Shown here: piece after piece, positions 11,557 to 21,930 of the stretch | How the letters are laid out: the number at the start of each line of letters is the position of its first letter | Position numbering within the stretch: the first letter of the stretch is position 1 | Origin: an uncultured Actinomycetota bacterium | GTDB taxonomy: Bacteria > Actinomycetota > Actinomycetes > Actinomycetales > CAWJMD01 | Assembly (NCBI GenBank): GCA_963825505.1 | Contig: CAWGTL010000001.1 | Coordinates: 8,869 to 72,868 of the forward strand | DNA length: 64,000 nucleotides | Reading direction: 5' to 3' | Made by a program: the position numbers and the translations under genes | Notes under the pieces: model-generated | The model's database searches: none | Told to the model about the DNA's origin: nothing | Seen by the model: only the letters and a program-made list of their open reading frames with translations

Positions 11557-12702
11557 GTGCGCCGATCGATCTTCGAGCCCGAGCACGAGGCGCTGCGCGC
11601 CACCGCGAAGGAGTTCCTCGACCGCCACGTCCGTCCCCGGATGGACGAGTTCATCGAGGCCAAGGGCCTGCCGCGCGACGTCTGGATCGAGGCCGGCAAG
11701 CAGGGCCTGCTCGGCCTGCACGTGCCCGAGCAGTACGGCGGCGGCGAGGCGGGCGACTACCGGTTCATCGCGGTCGTGGCCGAGGAGCAGTCGAAGGTCT
11801 CGGCCGCGATCTCCTCCTGCCTCGGCATCCACGCCGACATCGTGGCGCCGTACCTGATCGAGCTCACCACCGAGGAGCAGCGCGAGCGGTGGCTGCCCGG
11901 CTTCTGCACCGGCGAGATCGTCACCGCGATCGCGATGACCGAGCCGAGCGGCGGCTCCGATCTCGCCAACCTGAGGACGACGGCGGTCAAGGACGGCGAC
12001 GACTACATCCTGAACGGCTCGAAGACGTTCATCACCAACGGGTACAGCGCCGACCTCGTCGTCGTGGCCGCCCGCACCAGCCCCGAGAAGGGCGCCAAGG
12101 GCATCACGCTGTTCGGCGTCGAGGCCGACATGGAGGGCTTCAGCCGCGGCCGCAAGCTCGACAAGGTGGGCCAGACCGAGTCCGACACCGCCGAGCTCTT
12201 CTTCAGCAACGTGCGGGTGCCGGCCGCCAACGTCATCGGCGAGCTCGACCGCGGCTTCATCCACATGATGGAGCGGCTCGTCCAGGAGCGGGTCGGCGCG
12301 GCGGTGAGCAACATCGCCCAGGCTGCGCAGATCCTCGAGGAGACGATCCAGTACACCAAGGAGCGCAAGGCCTTCGGCCAGTCCGTCGGCTCGTTCCAGC
12401 ACAACAAGTTCAAGATCGCCGAGCTCGTCACGCAGGTGGAGGTCACGCAGGCGTTCGTCGACAACTGCGTCATGGAGCACACCGAGGGCAAGCTGTCCGC
12501 GGTCGACGCCGCGAAGGCCAAGTGGTGGTCGGCGCAGGTGCAGAACGACGTCCTCGACGAGTGCGTGCAGCTGCACGGCGGCTACGGCTTCATGAACGAG
12601 TACCGGGTCGCGCGGGCGTGGCGCGACGCGCGGGTCACCAAGATCTGGGCCGGCTCCAACGAGATCATGAAGGAGCTCATCGGCCGGGACCTCGGCCTGT
12701 GA
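11557..12702 (+). CDS. acyl-CoA dehydrogenase (long-chain type)
   Basis: AIAMTEPSGGSDL, NGSKTFITNG, QLHGGYGFMNEY, IWAGSNEIMKELI. Confidence 0.95.
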   Translation: MRRSIFEPEHEALRATAKEFLDRHVRPRMDEFIEAKGLPRDVWIEAGKQGLLGLHVPEQYGGGEAGDYRFIAVVAEEQSKVSAAISSCLGIHADIVAPYLIELTTEEQRERWLPGFCTGEIVTAIAMTEPSGGSDLANLRTTAVKDGDDYILNGSKTFITNGYSADLVVVAARTSPEKGAKGITLFGVEADMEGFSRGRKLDKVGQTESDTAELFFSNVRVPAANVIGELDRGFIHMMERLVQERVGAAVSNIAQAAQILEETIQYTKERKAFGQSVGSFQHNKFKIAELVTQVEVTQAFVDNCVMEHTEGKLSAVDAAKAKWWSAQVQNDVLDECVQLHGGYGFMNEYRVARAWRDARVTKIWAGSNEIMKELIGRDLGL

Positions 12703-13493
12703 CCACCTCTGACCTCGGTACCGAGAACGCCTCCGCCACAGGACGTCTGGACGGCAAGGTCGCCGTCGTCACCGGCGCCAGCCGGGGCATCGGCCTCGCC
12801 GTCGCGCACCGGCTCGTCGCCGAGGGTGCGCGCGTCGTCATCACCGCCCGCAAGGTCGAGGCGCTCGAGGAGGCCGTCGCGGGGCTGGGTGGACCGGAGA
12901 CGGCGCTCGCGGTCGCCGGCAACGCGGGCGACCCCGAGCACCAGGACCACGCGATCGCGCTGGCGGTCGAGCGGTTCGGCTCGCTCGACCTGCTGGTGAA
13001 CAACACCGGCATCAACCCCGCCTACGGGCCGCTGGTCGAGCTCGACCTCGACGCAGCGCGCAAGATCATGGAGGTCAACGTCGTCGCGGCGCTGTCCTGG
13101 GTGCAGAAGGCCTGGAGCGCCTGGATGGCCGAGCACGGCGGGGCGGTCGTCAACGTCGCCTCGATCGCCGGGCAGCAGCCGGCTCCGGGCATCGCGTTCT
13201 ACGGCGTCAGCAAGGCAGCGCTCATCCACCTCACCGCCTCGCTCGCCGTCGAGCTCGGGCCCTCCGTCCGCGTCAACGCGGTGGCACCCGCGATCGTCCG
13301 GACCAAGTTCGCGACCGCGCTGTACGAGGGCCGCGAGGAGCAGGTCAGCGCCGCCTACCCGCTGAAGCGGCTGGGCGAGCCGGAGGACGTCGCCGCGGCC
13401 GTCGCCTACCTGCTGAGCGACGACGCCGCGTGGACCACCGGCCAGACCCTCACCCTCGACGGCGGCATCAGCCAGGCCGGCGGACTCGGGTGA
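12699..13493 (+). CDS. SDR oxidoreductase
   Basis: TGASRGIG, VNNTGINP, YGVSK, VRVNAVAP; GTGA coupling. Confidence 0.93.
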   Translation: MTTSDLGTENASATGRLDGKVAVVTGASRGIGLAVAHRLVAEGARVVITARKVEALEEAVAGLGGPETALAVAGNAGDPEHQDHAIALAVERFGSLDLLVNNTGINPAYGPLVELDLDAARKIMEVNVVAALSWVQKAWSAWMAEHGGAVVNVASIAGQQPAPGIAFYGVSKAALIHLTASLAVELGPSVRVNAVAPAIVRTKFATALYEGREEQVSAAYPLKRLGEPEDVAAAVAYLLSDDAAWTTGQTLTLDGGISQAGGLG

Positions 13494-14512
13494 GCCTGCC
13501 GTCCTCGATGCGGGCGTGGCAGGTGGTCGAGCACGGCAGACCCTCTGACGCCCTGCGTCTCGCCGACGTCGACGTACCCACCCCGGGTGCGGGCCAGGTG
13601 CTCCTGCGCGTGCACGCCACCGCGCTCAACTTCCCGGACGTGCTGCTGGCCGCCGGGCAGTACCAGGTGCGTCCGCCGCTGCCGTTCACCCCCGGGGTCG
13701 AGGCCTGCGGCGAGGTGGTGGCGGTCGGGCCGGACGTCGACGACTCCCGGGTCGGCACCCGCGTGCTCGGGATGCTCGCCCTCCCGCACGGGGGTCTCGC
13801 CCCCTACGCGCTGGCGCCGGCGCACTGCGTCCATCCCGCGCCGTCCGTCCTCGACGACGACGCCGCTGCCTCGCTCTACATCGGCTACCAGACCGCGTGG
13901 TTCGCCCTGCACCGCAGGGCCGGTCTGCGCGCAGGGGAGACGGTCCTCGTGCACGCCGCCGCCGGTGGCGTCGGTTCGGCCACGGTGCAGCTCGCGAAGG
14001 CAGCGGGCGCACGCGTGGTCGGGGTCGTCGGAGGCGGTGAGAAAGTCGGTGTGGCAAGGGATCTCGGCTGCGACGACGTCGTCGACCGTACCGCCGGCGA
14101 CCTCGTCGAGGCGTTGCGGGGCGTCCTCGGCCGCACGGGCGCCGACGTCGTGGTCGACCCGGTGGGCGGCGAGGCGTACGCGGCCTCCACCAAGGTCGTG
14201 GCGTTCGAGGGCAGGATCGTGGTGGTCGGGTTCACCTCGGGCACCATCGCGCAGGCGGCCACCAACCACGTGCTGGTGAAGAACTACTCGGTGCTCGGGC
14301 TGCACTGGGGGCTGTACCAGGAGCACGACCCGGCAGCGGTTCGCGCGTGCCACGACGAGCTCTGCGCACTGGCGGAGCAGGGCGTCGTCCGCCCGCTGGT
14401 CTCGGCCCGGGTCGGGCTCGACGGCGTGCCGCAGGCGCTGGACCAGGTCGCGGCCGGGCGCACCACCGGCCGGGTGGTCGTTCACCCCTCCGAGTCCCGG
14501 GTGCCGGCGTGA
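13490..14512 (+). CDS. NADPH:quinone oxidoreductase family (MDR)
   Basis: LNFPDVL..GQYQVRPPLPFTPGVE, HAAAGGVG, GRVVV; GTGA coupling. Confidence 0.92.
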   Translation: MSLPSSMRAWQVVEHGRPSDALRLADVDVPTPGAGQVLLRVHATALNFPDVLLAAGQYQVRPPLPFTPGVEACGEVVAVGPDVDDSRVGTRVLGMLALPHGGLAPYALAPAHCVHPAPSVLDDDAAASLYIGYQTAWFALHRRAGLRAGETVLVHAAAGGVGSATVQLAKAAGARVVGVVGGGEKVGVARDLGCDDVVDRTAGDLVEALRGVLGRTGADVVVDPVGGEAYAASTKVVAFEGRIVVVGFTSGTIAQAATNHVLVKNYSVLGLHWGLYQEHDPAAVRACHDELCALAEQGVVRPLVSARVGLDGVPQALDQVAAGRTTGRVVVHPSESRVPA

Positions 14513-15315
14513 GCGGCCTCGCCCTGGAGGGCGCCGGGGTCGTCGTCACCGGCGCGGCGTCCGGGATCGGGCTCGGCCTGGCCGCCCGGTTCGCGGCCGA
14601 GGGGGCGCGCGTCGTGGCGGTCGACCGCGACGCCGTGCGGCTGGGGGCGGTCTCGCCGTCGGGGGTCGAGACGCTGGTCGCCGACGTCGGCAGCCGCGAG
14701 GCCGTCCACGCCCTGGTGGCCGACGCGACCGATCGGCTGGGCGCGATCGACCTGTTCTGCGCCAACGCCGGCGTCCCGACGCAGGGCGGGATCGAGGCGC
14801 ACGACCTCGCCGACGACGCCGCGTGGCAGACCACCTGGGACGTCAACGTGATGTCGCACGTCTGGACGGCGCAGGCGCTCGTCCCCGCGTGGCTGGAGCG
14901 CGGGTCGGGTCGCCTGCTCGTCACCGCCTCGGCCGCCGGACTGCTGACCATGATCGGCAGCGCCCCCTACGCGGTCACCAAGCACGCGGCCGTCGCCTTC
15001 GCCGAGTGGTTGCGGGCCACGTACGCGCACCGGGGCGTGGTGGTCCAGGCGCTGTGCCCCCAGGGCGTGCGGACGCCGCTGCTCGACGGCTCCGGCCCCG
15101 TGGGCAGGGCGCTGCTCGCACCGGCTGCGATCGACGTCGACGACGTGGTCCGGACGGTGCTCGAGTCGTTGCAGGACGAGCGCTTCCTCGTGCTCCCGCA
15201 CCCGGAGGTGGCCGGGTACGTGCGCCACAAGGCTGACGACGTGGACGGCTGGCTGGACGCGATGAACCGTTTGCAGCAACGCGTTCAAGAGCAGGGCGGC
15301 GATACCGACACCTAG
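14509..15315 (+). CDS. SDR oxidoreductase
   Basis: TGAASGIG, FCANAG, VNVMSHV, YAVTKHAAV, LCPQGVRT. Confidence 0.92.
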   Translation: MSGLALEGAGVVVTGAASGIGLGLAARFAAEGARVVAVDRDAVRLGAVSPSGVETLVADVGSREAVHALVADATDRLGAIDLFCANAGVPTQGGIEAHDLADDAAWQTTWDVNVMSHVWTAQALVPAWLERGSGRLLVTASAAGLLTMIGSAPYAVTKHAAVAFAEWLRATYAHRGVVVQALCPQGVRTPLLDGSGPVGRALLAPAAIDVDDVVRTVLESLQDERFLVLPHPEVAGYVRHKADDVDGWLDAMNRLQQRVQEQGGDTDT

Positions 15316-15318
15316 AGG

Positions 15319-16089
15319 ATGACCTCCGAACGTGGCGCCGAGCTCGCGACGGCCTCCCGGCTGCGCGACGGCACCACCCGGACGGGCGTGGTCCTGGCGA
15401 CCCTGCTGGTCACCCTGCTGCTCGTCCCGCAGGCGGCGGCCGCCCTGTCGGGCGACCCGTCGGGCGGCTGGCGGCTGCTGACGGGCGAGGACTTCCGCGA
15501 CGACGCCGAGGCGGCTCGTGGCCAGGCACGTGCCGCCGACCAGCTGGCCGCCGAGCAGCGCGCGGCCGCGGAGAAGGCAGCGGCGGACGAGGCAGCCGCC
15601 GAGAAGGCGGCGGCGGACCGCGTGGCGGCTGAGAGGGCCGCCGCCGAGGCTGCTGCGAAGGCGGCCGCGGAGGCGGCTGAGAAGGCGGCCGCGGAGGCTG
15701 CTGAGAAGGCGGCCGCGGCGAGGACGTCGTCGCGCCCGTCGACCGGTTCGAAGCCCGCCCGCACCACGACCCCGGCCAGGCCCCCGGCCCCGAAGCCGAC
15801 GACCAGGTCGGCGCCGAAGCCCACCACCGCACCCAAGCCCGCCGTGGCCCCCAAGCCCCCCGCGGCCCCGAAGCCGACCACGGCGCCGAAGCCCACGGTG
15901 ACGACGACCACCGCGCCGCCGGTGAAGACCCCGACGACGCCGCCGAAGGCGACCACCCCGTCGCTCGATCCGCGGTTCAGCAAGTGCCGCGACGCCAAGC
16001 GGAAGGGCTACGGCCCGTACCGGAAGGGCGTCGACCCCGAGTACTGGTGGTACGAGGACAAGGACCGCGACGGCGTCGTCTGCGACTGA
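15319..16089 (+). CDS. secreted or membrane-anchored Excalibur Ca-binding domain protein
   Basis: N-terminal hydrophobic segment, EAAEKAAA repeats, Pro/Thr/Lys linker, C-terminal FSKC.DAK..GYGPY..G.DPEY..Y.DKDRDGVVCD. Confidence 0.85.
   Translation: MTSERGAELATASRLRDGTTRTGVVLATLLVTLLLVPQAAAALSGDPSGGWRLLTGEDFRDDAEAARGQARAADQLAAEQRAAAEKAAADEAAAEKAAADRVAAERAAAEAAAKAAAEAAEKAAAEAAEKAAAARTSSRPSTGSKPARTTTPARPPAPKPTTRSAPKPTTAPKPAVAPKPPAAPKPTTAPKPTVTTTTAPPVKTPTTPPKATTPSLDPRFSKCRDAKRKGYGPYRKGVDPEYWWYEDKDRDGVVCD
15646..15717 (+). repeat. 3 x 24-bp coding tandem repeat (EAAAKAAA/EAAEKAAA)
   Basis: gaggc(t/g)gctg(c/a)gaaggcggccgcg repeated three times. Confidence 0.85.
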
Positions 16090-16174
16090 TCGCCGCGTCC
16101 GATCGACCCTGATCGGGCCGACTGGTCGACCGTGCTCGCTCCAGACCCGACGGCAGGCTGCCGACACCACTGAG

Positions 16175-16768
16175 GTGCACCTCGCTCCCGTCCGCCCCAG
16201 CGGTCCGCGCCCCGGGCACGGCGGGGTGGTCGCGGCCGGGGTCGCCCTGCTGGTGGCCGTGGGCGGGACGGTGGCCCTGGTGACCACCGTGGGCGAAGCG
16301 CCCGGAGCCGTCCCCGAGCAGGGAGACGGCACCACCCGGTCCGAGACCCGTGCTGCGGGGGAGCACGGGTCCGGACCGGGGCCCTCGTCCGCCGCCACGA
16401 CGGCACCCGTGGGGACGGCCGTCGGGTCCCGGGCGGGTGCACCGGCCGCCACGACGGGCCGCAGCGGGGCGCCGGCCGGCGGGGCGATCGGCGTCGGCGA
16501 CGCGGCGGCCCGCGCGGCAGACGACGGGACCGGCCGCAGCGCCGCCGAAGAGGCGGCTGCCGCTGCTGCGGCGGCCAAGGCAGCCGCCGAGGCGGCGGCG
16601 AGGGAGGAGTCCGAGCGCCTCGCGGCGCAGGAGGCCGCGCTCGACCCCCGGTTCGTCGGCTGCGCCGAGGCGAACGCCCAGGGGTACGGGCACTACGTCT
16701 CCGGCGTGGACCCGGAGTACGGCTGGTACAGCGACGCCGACGCTGACGGGGTCGTCTGCGAGGCCTGA
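16175..16768 (+). CDS. second Excalibur-domain protein
   Basis: TM segment, Ala/Gly linker, C-terminal LDPRFVGCAEANAQGYGHYVSGVDPEYGWYSDADADGVVCEA. Confidence 0.82.
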   Translation: MHLAPVRPSGPRPGHGGVVAAGVALLVAVGGTVALVTTVGEAPGAVPEQGDGTTRSETRAAGEHGSGPGPSSAATTAPVGTAVGSRAGAPAATTGRSGAPAGGAIGVGDAAARAADDGTGRSAAEEAAAAAAAAKAAAEAAAREESERLAAQEAALDPRFVGCAEANAQGYGHYVSGVDPEYGWYSDADADGVVCEA

Positions 16769-16835
16769 GCCCGCGCGCGCGCCGACCGGAACGCGGGCGA
16801 CCACCGGACGGCGGCCGACCTAGACTGGTCCGGTC

Positions 16836-19800
16836 ATGAGCGTGGAACCGGACGTCGACGCCGTCGAGATCCGGTACCCCCCGGAGCTGCCGGTCTCCCA
16901 GCGCAGGGACGAGATCGCCGCGGCCATCCGCGATCACCAGGTCGTGATCGTCGCCGGCGAGACCGGGTCGGGCAAGACCACGCAGATCCCGAAGATCTGC
17001 CTCGAGCTCGGCCGCGGACGGTCCGGCCTCATCGGCCACACCCAGCCACGGCGGATCGCGGCCAGGTCGGTGGCCGAGCGGATCGCCTCCGAGCTCGGCA
17101 CCGAGCTCGGCCAGCGGGTCGGCTACACGGTGCGCTTCACCGACCAGGTCAGCCGAGGCACCCAGGTGCGGCTGATGACCGACGGCATCCTGCTCGCCGA
17201 GATCCAGCGCGACCCCACCCTGCGCCGTTACGACACGATCATCGTCGACGAGGCCCACGAGCGGTCGCTCAACATCGACTTCATCCTCGGGTACCTGCAC
17301 CAGCTGCTGCCGCGGCGTCCTGACCTCAAGGTCGTCATCACGTCGGCCACGATCGACTCGGCCCGGTTCAGCGAGCACTTCGGCGGCGCGCCGGTGGTCG
17401 AGGTCTCGGGACGCACCTTCCCGGTCGAGGTGCGGTACCGGCCGGTGCACGACCCCGACGCGGCACCCGGCACCCCCGCGGCGGACCCCGACCGCGACCA
17501 GATCAGCGCGATCGTCGACGGCGTCGCCGAGCTGCAGCGCGAGGGCGACGGCGACGTCCTGGTCTTCCTGTCCGGTGAGCGGGAGATCCGCGACACTGCC
17601 GACGGGCTCCGCGACGCGGTGGGCCGCAAGCAGATCCGCGACGTCGACGTGCTGCCGCTGTACGCGCGGTTGTCGGCGGCCGAGCAGCACCGGGTGTTCG
17701 CCTCGCACTCCGGGCAGCGGGTCGTGCTGGCCACCAACGTGGCGGAGACCTCGCTCACCGTCCCGGGCATCCGCTACGTCATCGACCCCGGTACGGCCAG
17801 GATCTCGCGGTACTCGTTGCGCACCAAGGTGCAGCGGCTCCCGATCGAGCCCGTCTCGCAGGCCTCGGCGCGGCAGCGGGCCGGGCGCTGCGGTCGGGTC
17901 GCCGACGGGATCTGCCTGCGGCTGTACAGCGAGGAGGACTTCGACAGCCGGCCCGAGTACACCGACCCGGAGATCCTGCGCACGAACCTCGCGTCGGTGA
18001 TCCTCCAGATGACGGCGATCGGCCTGGGCGACGTCGCCGCGTTCCCGTTCGTCGAGCCGCCGGACGTGCGGGCGGTCCGCGACGGCGTCGCGCTGCTCGA
18101 GGAGCTGCACGCCATCGAGGTCGGCGGCGGGCCGTCCCCGCGCCTCACCCGGACAGGGCGCCGCCTCGTCCGGCTCCCGGTCGACCCGCGGATGGCGCGC
18201 ATGGTTCTCGAGGCCGACCGGCTGGGCTGCGTGCACGAGGTGCTCGTCATCGCCGCCGCGCTGTCGATCCAGGACCCCCGCGAACGTCCTGCCGACGCGC
18301 AGCAGGCGGCCGACGAGCAGCACCGCCGGTTCGCGGACGAGCGGTCCGACTTCCTCGCCTACCTGAATCTCTGGGAGTACCTGCGCGAGCAGCAGGAGGA
18401 GCTGTCCTCCAGCGCGTTCCGCCGGATGTGCAAGCGCGAGCACCTGCACTTCCTCCGGGTCCGCGAGTGGCAGGACCTGCACTCCCAGCTCCGGCGGGTG
18501 TGCAAGGACCTGAAGATCGAGCTGTCGCGGACGGCCGCCACGGGGTCCGAGCGCGACGCCGTCGACGCCGACCGCGTGCACCAGGCGCTGCTGGCCGGCC
18601 TGCTGTCGCACGTGGGCGTCAAGGACGAGCGCGCCGCGGCGCGTGTCGCCGGGAAGCCCCAGCGGGGACGCCGCCCGCTCACCGAGTACCAGGGCGCCCG
18701 CGGCATCTCGTTCGCCGTGTTCCCGGGGTCGGCCCTGGCCCGCACGCCTCCCGACTGCGTGGTGGCGGCCGAGCTGGTCGAGACGTCCCGGATGTGGGCA
18801 CGCACCGTCGCCCGGGTCGAGCCGGAGTGGGTGGAGCAGCTGGCCGCCCACCTGGTGAAGCGCACGTACGCCGAGCCGCACTGGTCGGCCCGGCGGGGGA
18901 GCGTGGTGGCGCGCGAGCGGGTCACTCTCTACGGCATGCCGCTGGTGGCCGACCGCGCGGTGCAGTACGGCCGGATCGACCCCGAGACCAGCCGCGAGCT
19001 GTTCATCCGGCACGCGCTGGTCGAGGGCGACTGGCGTACCCGGCACGACTTCTTCCACGCCAACCGGCAGCTGCTGGAGGACGTCGGCGAGCTGGAGCAC
19101 CGCACCCGACGACGCGACATCGTCGTCGATGACGAGACGCTGTTCTCGTTCTACGACAAGCGGATCCCGCCGACGGTGGTGTCCGGGGCGCACTTCGACC
19201 GGTGGTGGAAGGGCGCTCGTCGGGAGACCCCCGATCTGCTGACCTTCACCGAGGCCGACGTCGTCGACGAGGCCGCCGAGCAGGTCAGCCAGGACGACTT
19301 CCCCGATCGCTGGCACGTCGGGGGGCTCGACCTCGCCGTCGGCTACCGGTTCGAGCCCGGGTCGCCGGAGGACGGCGTCACCGTGACCGTCCCCGCCGCC
19401 GTCCTGAACCAGGTGCCCGAGGGGGCCTTCGAGTGGCAGGTGCCCGGCCTGCGCCACGAGCTCGTCACCGAGCTGATCCGGTCGCTGCCCAAGCCCGTCC
19501 GGAGGCACCTGGCACCCGCACCGGACAACGCCCGCCGCGCGCTGGAGCAGCTGCAGCCGCACGAGGAACCGCTCCTCCCGGCGCTGAGCCGCGAGCTCGG
19601 GCGCCTGGCGGGCGTGCCCGTCCCGGTGGGCGACTTCGACTGGGAGAAGGTGCCGCCGCACCTGCGGGTGCGGGTCCGGGTCACCGGCCGCCGCGGCAAG
19701 CAGGTGGCTGCCGGCAAGACCGTGCAGGAGGTCGGCCGCGAGGCGGCGGGGACGGTGCAGGAAGCGATCTCGGCCTCGGCCCGCCGGGCCGGGCTCGAGG

Positions 19801-20675
19801 TCGAGGGTCTCACCGCGTGGACGATCGGCGACCTGCCGCGGGAGTTCTCCACCGCGGGCCCCGGCGGGCCGGTGACGGGCTACCCGGCGCTGGTCGACAC
19901 CCGCGGCCGGGTCGACGTGCGGGTGCTGCCGTCCCGGGTGGAGCAGGAACGGGCGATGCGCCGGGGCACCCGGCGGCTGCTGCTGGCCGGGGCGTCGGTC
20001 CCGTCGGCCGGCACGCTCACCGACGACTGGGACAGCGTCGACCGGCTCGCCCTGACCCGCGCGCCGCACGGCTCCCTGGCCGCGCTGGTGCTCGACGTCG
20101 CCGCCGCCGTGGTCGACGACGTCGCCGTCCGGCACGGCGGACCGGCCTGGGAGGCAGCGGGTTTCGAGCGCCTGCAGGATGCCGTCGCCCGCGAGCTGCC
20201 CGGCGGCGCCGCGCAGCAGCTGCGGGTGGTCGCCCGGATCCTGGCGAGCACGCGGCAGGTCGAGCGGGCCGTCACCGAGGTGACCTCGCTGCAGGTGCTG
20301 TCCTCGCTCACCGACGTGAAGGACCACCTGGCCCGCCTGGTGCGTCCGGGATTCGTGGCCGACACCGGCGTCGCCCGGCTGCCCGACGTCCAGCGCTACC
20401 TGCGGGCGCTGCTGCGCCGCGTGGAGGTGCTGGGCACCGACCCGCACCGCGACGGCCAGCACCTGTGGCAGGTGCAGGAGCTGCAGGCCGAGCTCGAGCA
20501 CGCGGTGGCGTCCGTCCCCGCCGACAGCCCCGGGCGCGACGCGCTGGCCGAGGTGCGCTGGATGCTGGAGGAGCTGCGGGTGTCGCTGTTCGCCCAGTCG
20601 ATCGGCACGCCGAAGCCGGTGTCGCCGCAGCGCATCCGCAAGGCGCTCGCCGCCGCCCTCGCCCCGCCCGCCTGA
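16836..20675 (+). CDS. hrpA: ATP-dependent RNA helicase HrpA
   Basis: GETGSGKTTQIPK, TQPRR, DEAH, SAT, QRAGRCGR, C-terminal WMLEELRVSLFAQ. Confidence 0.97.
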   Translation: MSVEPDVDAVEIRYPPELPVSQRRDEIAAAIRDHQVVIVAGETGSGKTTQIPKICLELGRGRSGLIGHTQPRRIAARSVAERIASELGTELGQRVGYTVRFTDQVSRGTQVRLMTDGILLAEIQRDPTLRRYDTIIVDEAHERSLNIDFILGYLHQLLPRRPDLKVVITSATIDSARFSEHFGGAPVVEVSGRTFPVEVRYRPVHDPDAAPGTPAADPDRDQISAIVDGVAELQREGDGDVLVFLSGEREIRDTADGLRDAVGRKQIRDVDVLPLYARLSAAEQHRVFASHSGQRVVLATNVAETSLTVPGIRYVIDPGTARISRYSLRTKVQRLPIEPVSQASARQRAGRCGRVADGICLRLYSEEDFDSRPEYTDPEILRTNLASVILQMTAIGLGDVAAFPFVEPPDVRAVRDGVALLEELHAIEVGGGPSPRLTRTGRRLVRLPVDPRMARMVLEADRLGCVHEVLVIAAALSIQDPRERPADAQQAADEQHRRFADERSDFLAYLNLWEYLREQQEELSSSAFRRMCKREHLHFLRVREWQDLHSQLRRVCKDLKIELSRTAATGSERDAVDADRVHQALLAGLLSHVGVKDERAAARVAGKPQRGRRPLTEYQGARGISFAVFPGSALARTPPDCVVAAELVETSRMWARTVARVEPEWVEQLAAHLVKRTYAEPHWSARRGSVVARERVTLYGMPLVADRAVQYGRIDPETSRELFIRHALVEGDWRTRHDFFHANRQLLEDVGELEHRTRRRDIVVDDETLFSFYDKRIPPTVVSGAHFDRWWKGARRETPDLLTFTEADVVDEAAEQVSQDDFPDRWHVGGLDLAVGYRFEPGSPEDGVTVTVPAAVLNQVPEGAFEWQVPGLRHELVTELIRSLPKPVRRHLAPAPDNARRALEQLQPHEEPLLPALSRELGRLAGVPVPVGDFDWEKVPPHLRVRVRVTGRRGKQVAAGKTVQEVGREAAGTVQEAISASARRAGLEVEGLTAWTIGDLPREFSTAGPGGPVTGYPALVDTRGRVDVRVLPSRVEQERAMRRGTRRLLLAGASVPSAGTLTDDWDSVDRLALTRAPHGSLAALVLDVAAAVVDDVAVRHGGPAWEAAGFERLQDAVARELPGGAAQQLRVVARILASTRQVERAVTEVTSLQVLSSLTDVKDHLARLVRPGFVADTGVARLPDVQRYLRALLRRVEVLGTDPHRDGQHLWQVQELQAELEHAVASVPADSPGRDALAEVRWMLEELRVSLFAQSIGTPKPVSPQRIRKALAAALAPPA

Positions 20676-20695
20676 CCCCCGCCTTCCGAGTCGGA

Positions 20696-21928
20696 TCAGG
20701 TGGCGTACTTCGCCAGCTCGCGACGGGCCAGCGACATCCGGTGGACCTCGTCGGGGCCGTCGGCCAGGCGCAGCGTGCGGGCGGCGGTCCAGAGCTGGGG
20801 CAGGATCGTGTCGGACGAGACGCCGGCGCCGCCGTGCACCTGGATGGCGTCGTCGACGATGCGCTGCACCGTCAGGGGCACCGCGATCTTGATCGCCTGG
20901 ATCTCGGTGTGCGCGCCCTTGTTGCCCACGGCGTCCATCAGCCAGGCGGTCTTGAGCACCAGCAGGCGCGCCTGCTCCAGCGCCACCCGGGCGTTCGCGA
21001 CCTGCTCGCGCACCACGCCCTGCTTGGCGAGCTGCTGCCCGAACGCCACCCGGTCGAGGGCGCGGCGGCACATCAGCTCGAGCGCGCGCTCGCCCATCCC
21101 GATCAGGCGCATGCAGTGGTGGATGCGTCCGGGGCCGAGCCGGGCCTGCGCGATGGCGAAGCCCTTGCCCTCACCGAGCAGGATGTTCGACCCCGGCACC
21201 CGCACGTCGTCGAACGCGACCTCGGCGTGCCCCCCGTGCGCGGCGTCGTCGTAGCCGAACGCGGTCAGACCCCGCACCACGGTGACGCCCGGTGTGTCGC
21301 GCGGGACCAGCACCATCGACTGTTGCTCGTGCCGTGGGACGGACTCGTCGTCGGGGTCGGCGGAACGCCCCATCACCACGAAGATCTCGGCGCGCGGGTC
21401 CATCGCGCCGGTGGACCACCACTTGCGGCCGCTGACGACGTACTCGTCGCCGTCGCGCCGGATCCGCGTGGCGATGTTCGTCGCGTCGGACGAGGCGACG
21501 TCCGGCTCGGTCATGCAGAACGCCGACCGGATGGTGCCGTCGAGCAGCGGTGCCAGCCAGCGCTCCTGCTGCTCGGCGGTGCCGAACTCGGCCAGGACCT
21601 CCATGTTGCCGGTGTCGGGGGCGGCGCAGTTCAGCGCCTCGGGGGCGAGATGCGGTGAGCGGCCGGTGATCTCAGCCAGCGGCGCGTACTGGAGGTTCGT
21701 CAGCCCGGCGCCGTGCTCGCCGGGCAGGAACAGGTTCCACAGCCCGCGGCGCCGGGCCTCGGCCTTGAGCTCCTCGACCACAGGCGGCCGGTGCCACGGG
21801 TCGCCGGCCCGGCGGGCGGCCTCGACCTGCTCCTCGATGACGGGCTCGGCCGGGTACACCCGCTCGGCCATGAACTCCTCGAGCCGTGCGGCGTGCTCCA
21901 GCGTGGTGGCGTCGGGGGTGAAGTCCAC
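20696..21928 (-). CDS. acyl-CoA dehydrogenase (ACAD10/11, FadE2-like)
   Basis: [59 protein letters not shown]. Confidence 0.93.
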   Translation of the reverse strand: MDFTPDATTLEHAARLEEFMAERVYPAEPVIEEQVEAARRAGDPWHRPPVVEELKAEARRRGLWNLFLPGEHGAGLTNLQYAPLAEITGRSPHLAPEALNCAAPDTGNMEVLAEFGTAEQQERWLAPLLDGTIRSAFCMTEPDVASSDATNIATRIRRDGDEYVVSGRKWWSTGAMDPRAEIFVVMGRSADPDDESVPRHEQQSMVLVPRDTPGVTVVRGLTAFGYDDAAHGGHAEVAFDDVRVPGSNILLGEGKGFAIAQARLGPGRIHHCMRLIGMGERALELMCRRALDRVAFGQQLAKQGVVREQVANARVALEQARLLVLKTAWLMDAVGNKGAHTEIQAIKIAVPLTVQRIVDDAIQVHGGAGVSSDTILPQLWTAARTLRLADGPDEVHRMSLARRELAKYAT

Positions 21929-21930
21929 GG

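Noticed and set aside
16008-21071. 1687-aa antisense ORF over hrpA, and similar shadows over pepN, clpX and malQ
   Set aside because: Stop-poor antisense frames are expected with high GC3; no motifs.
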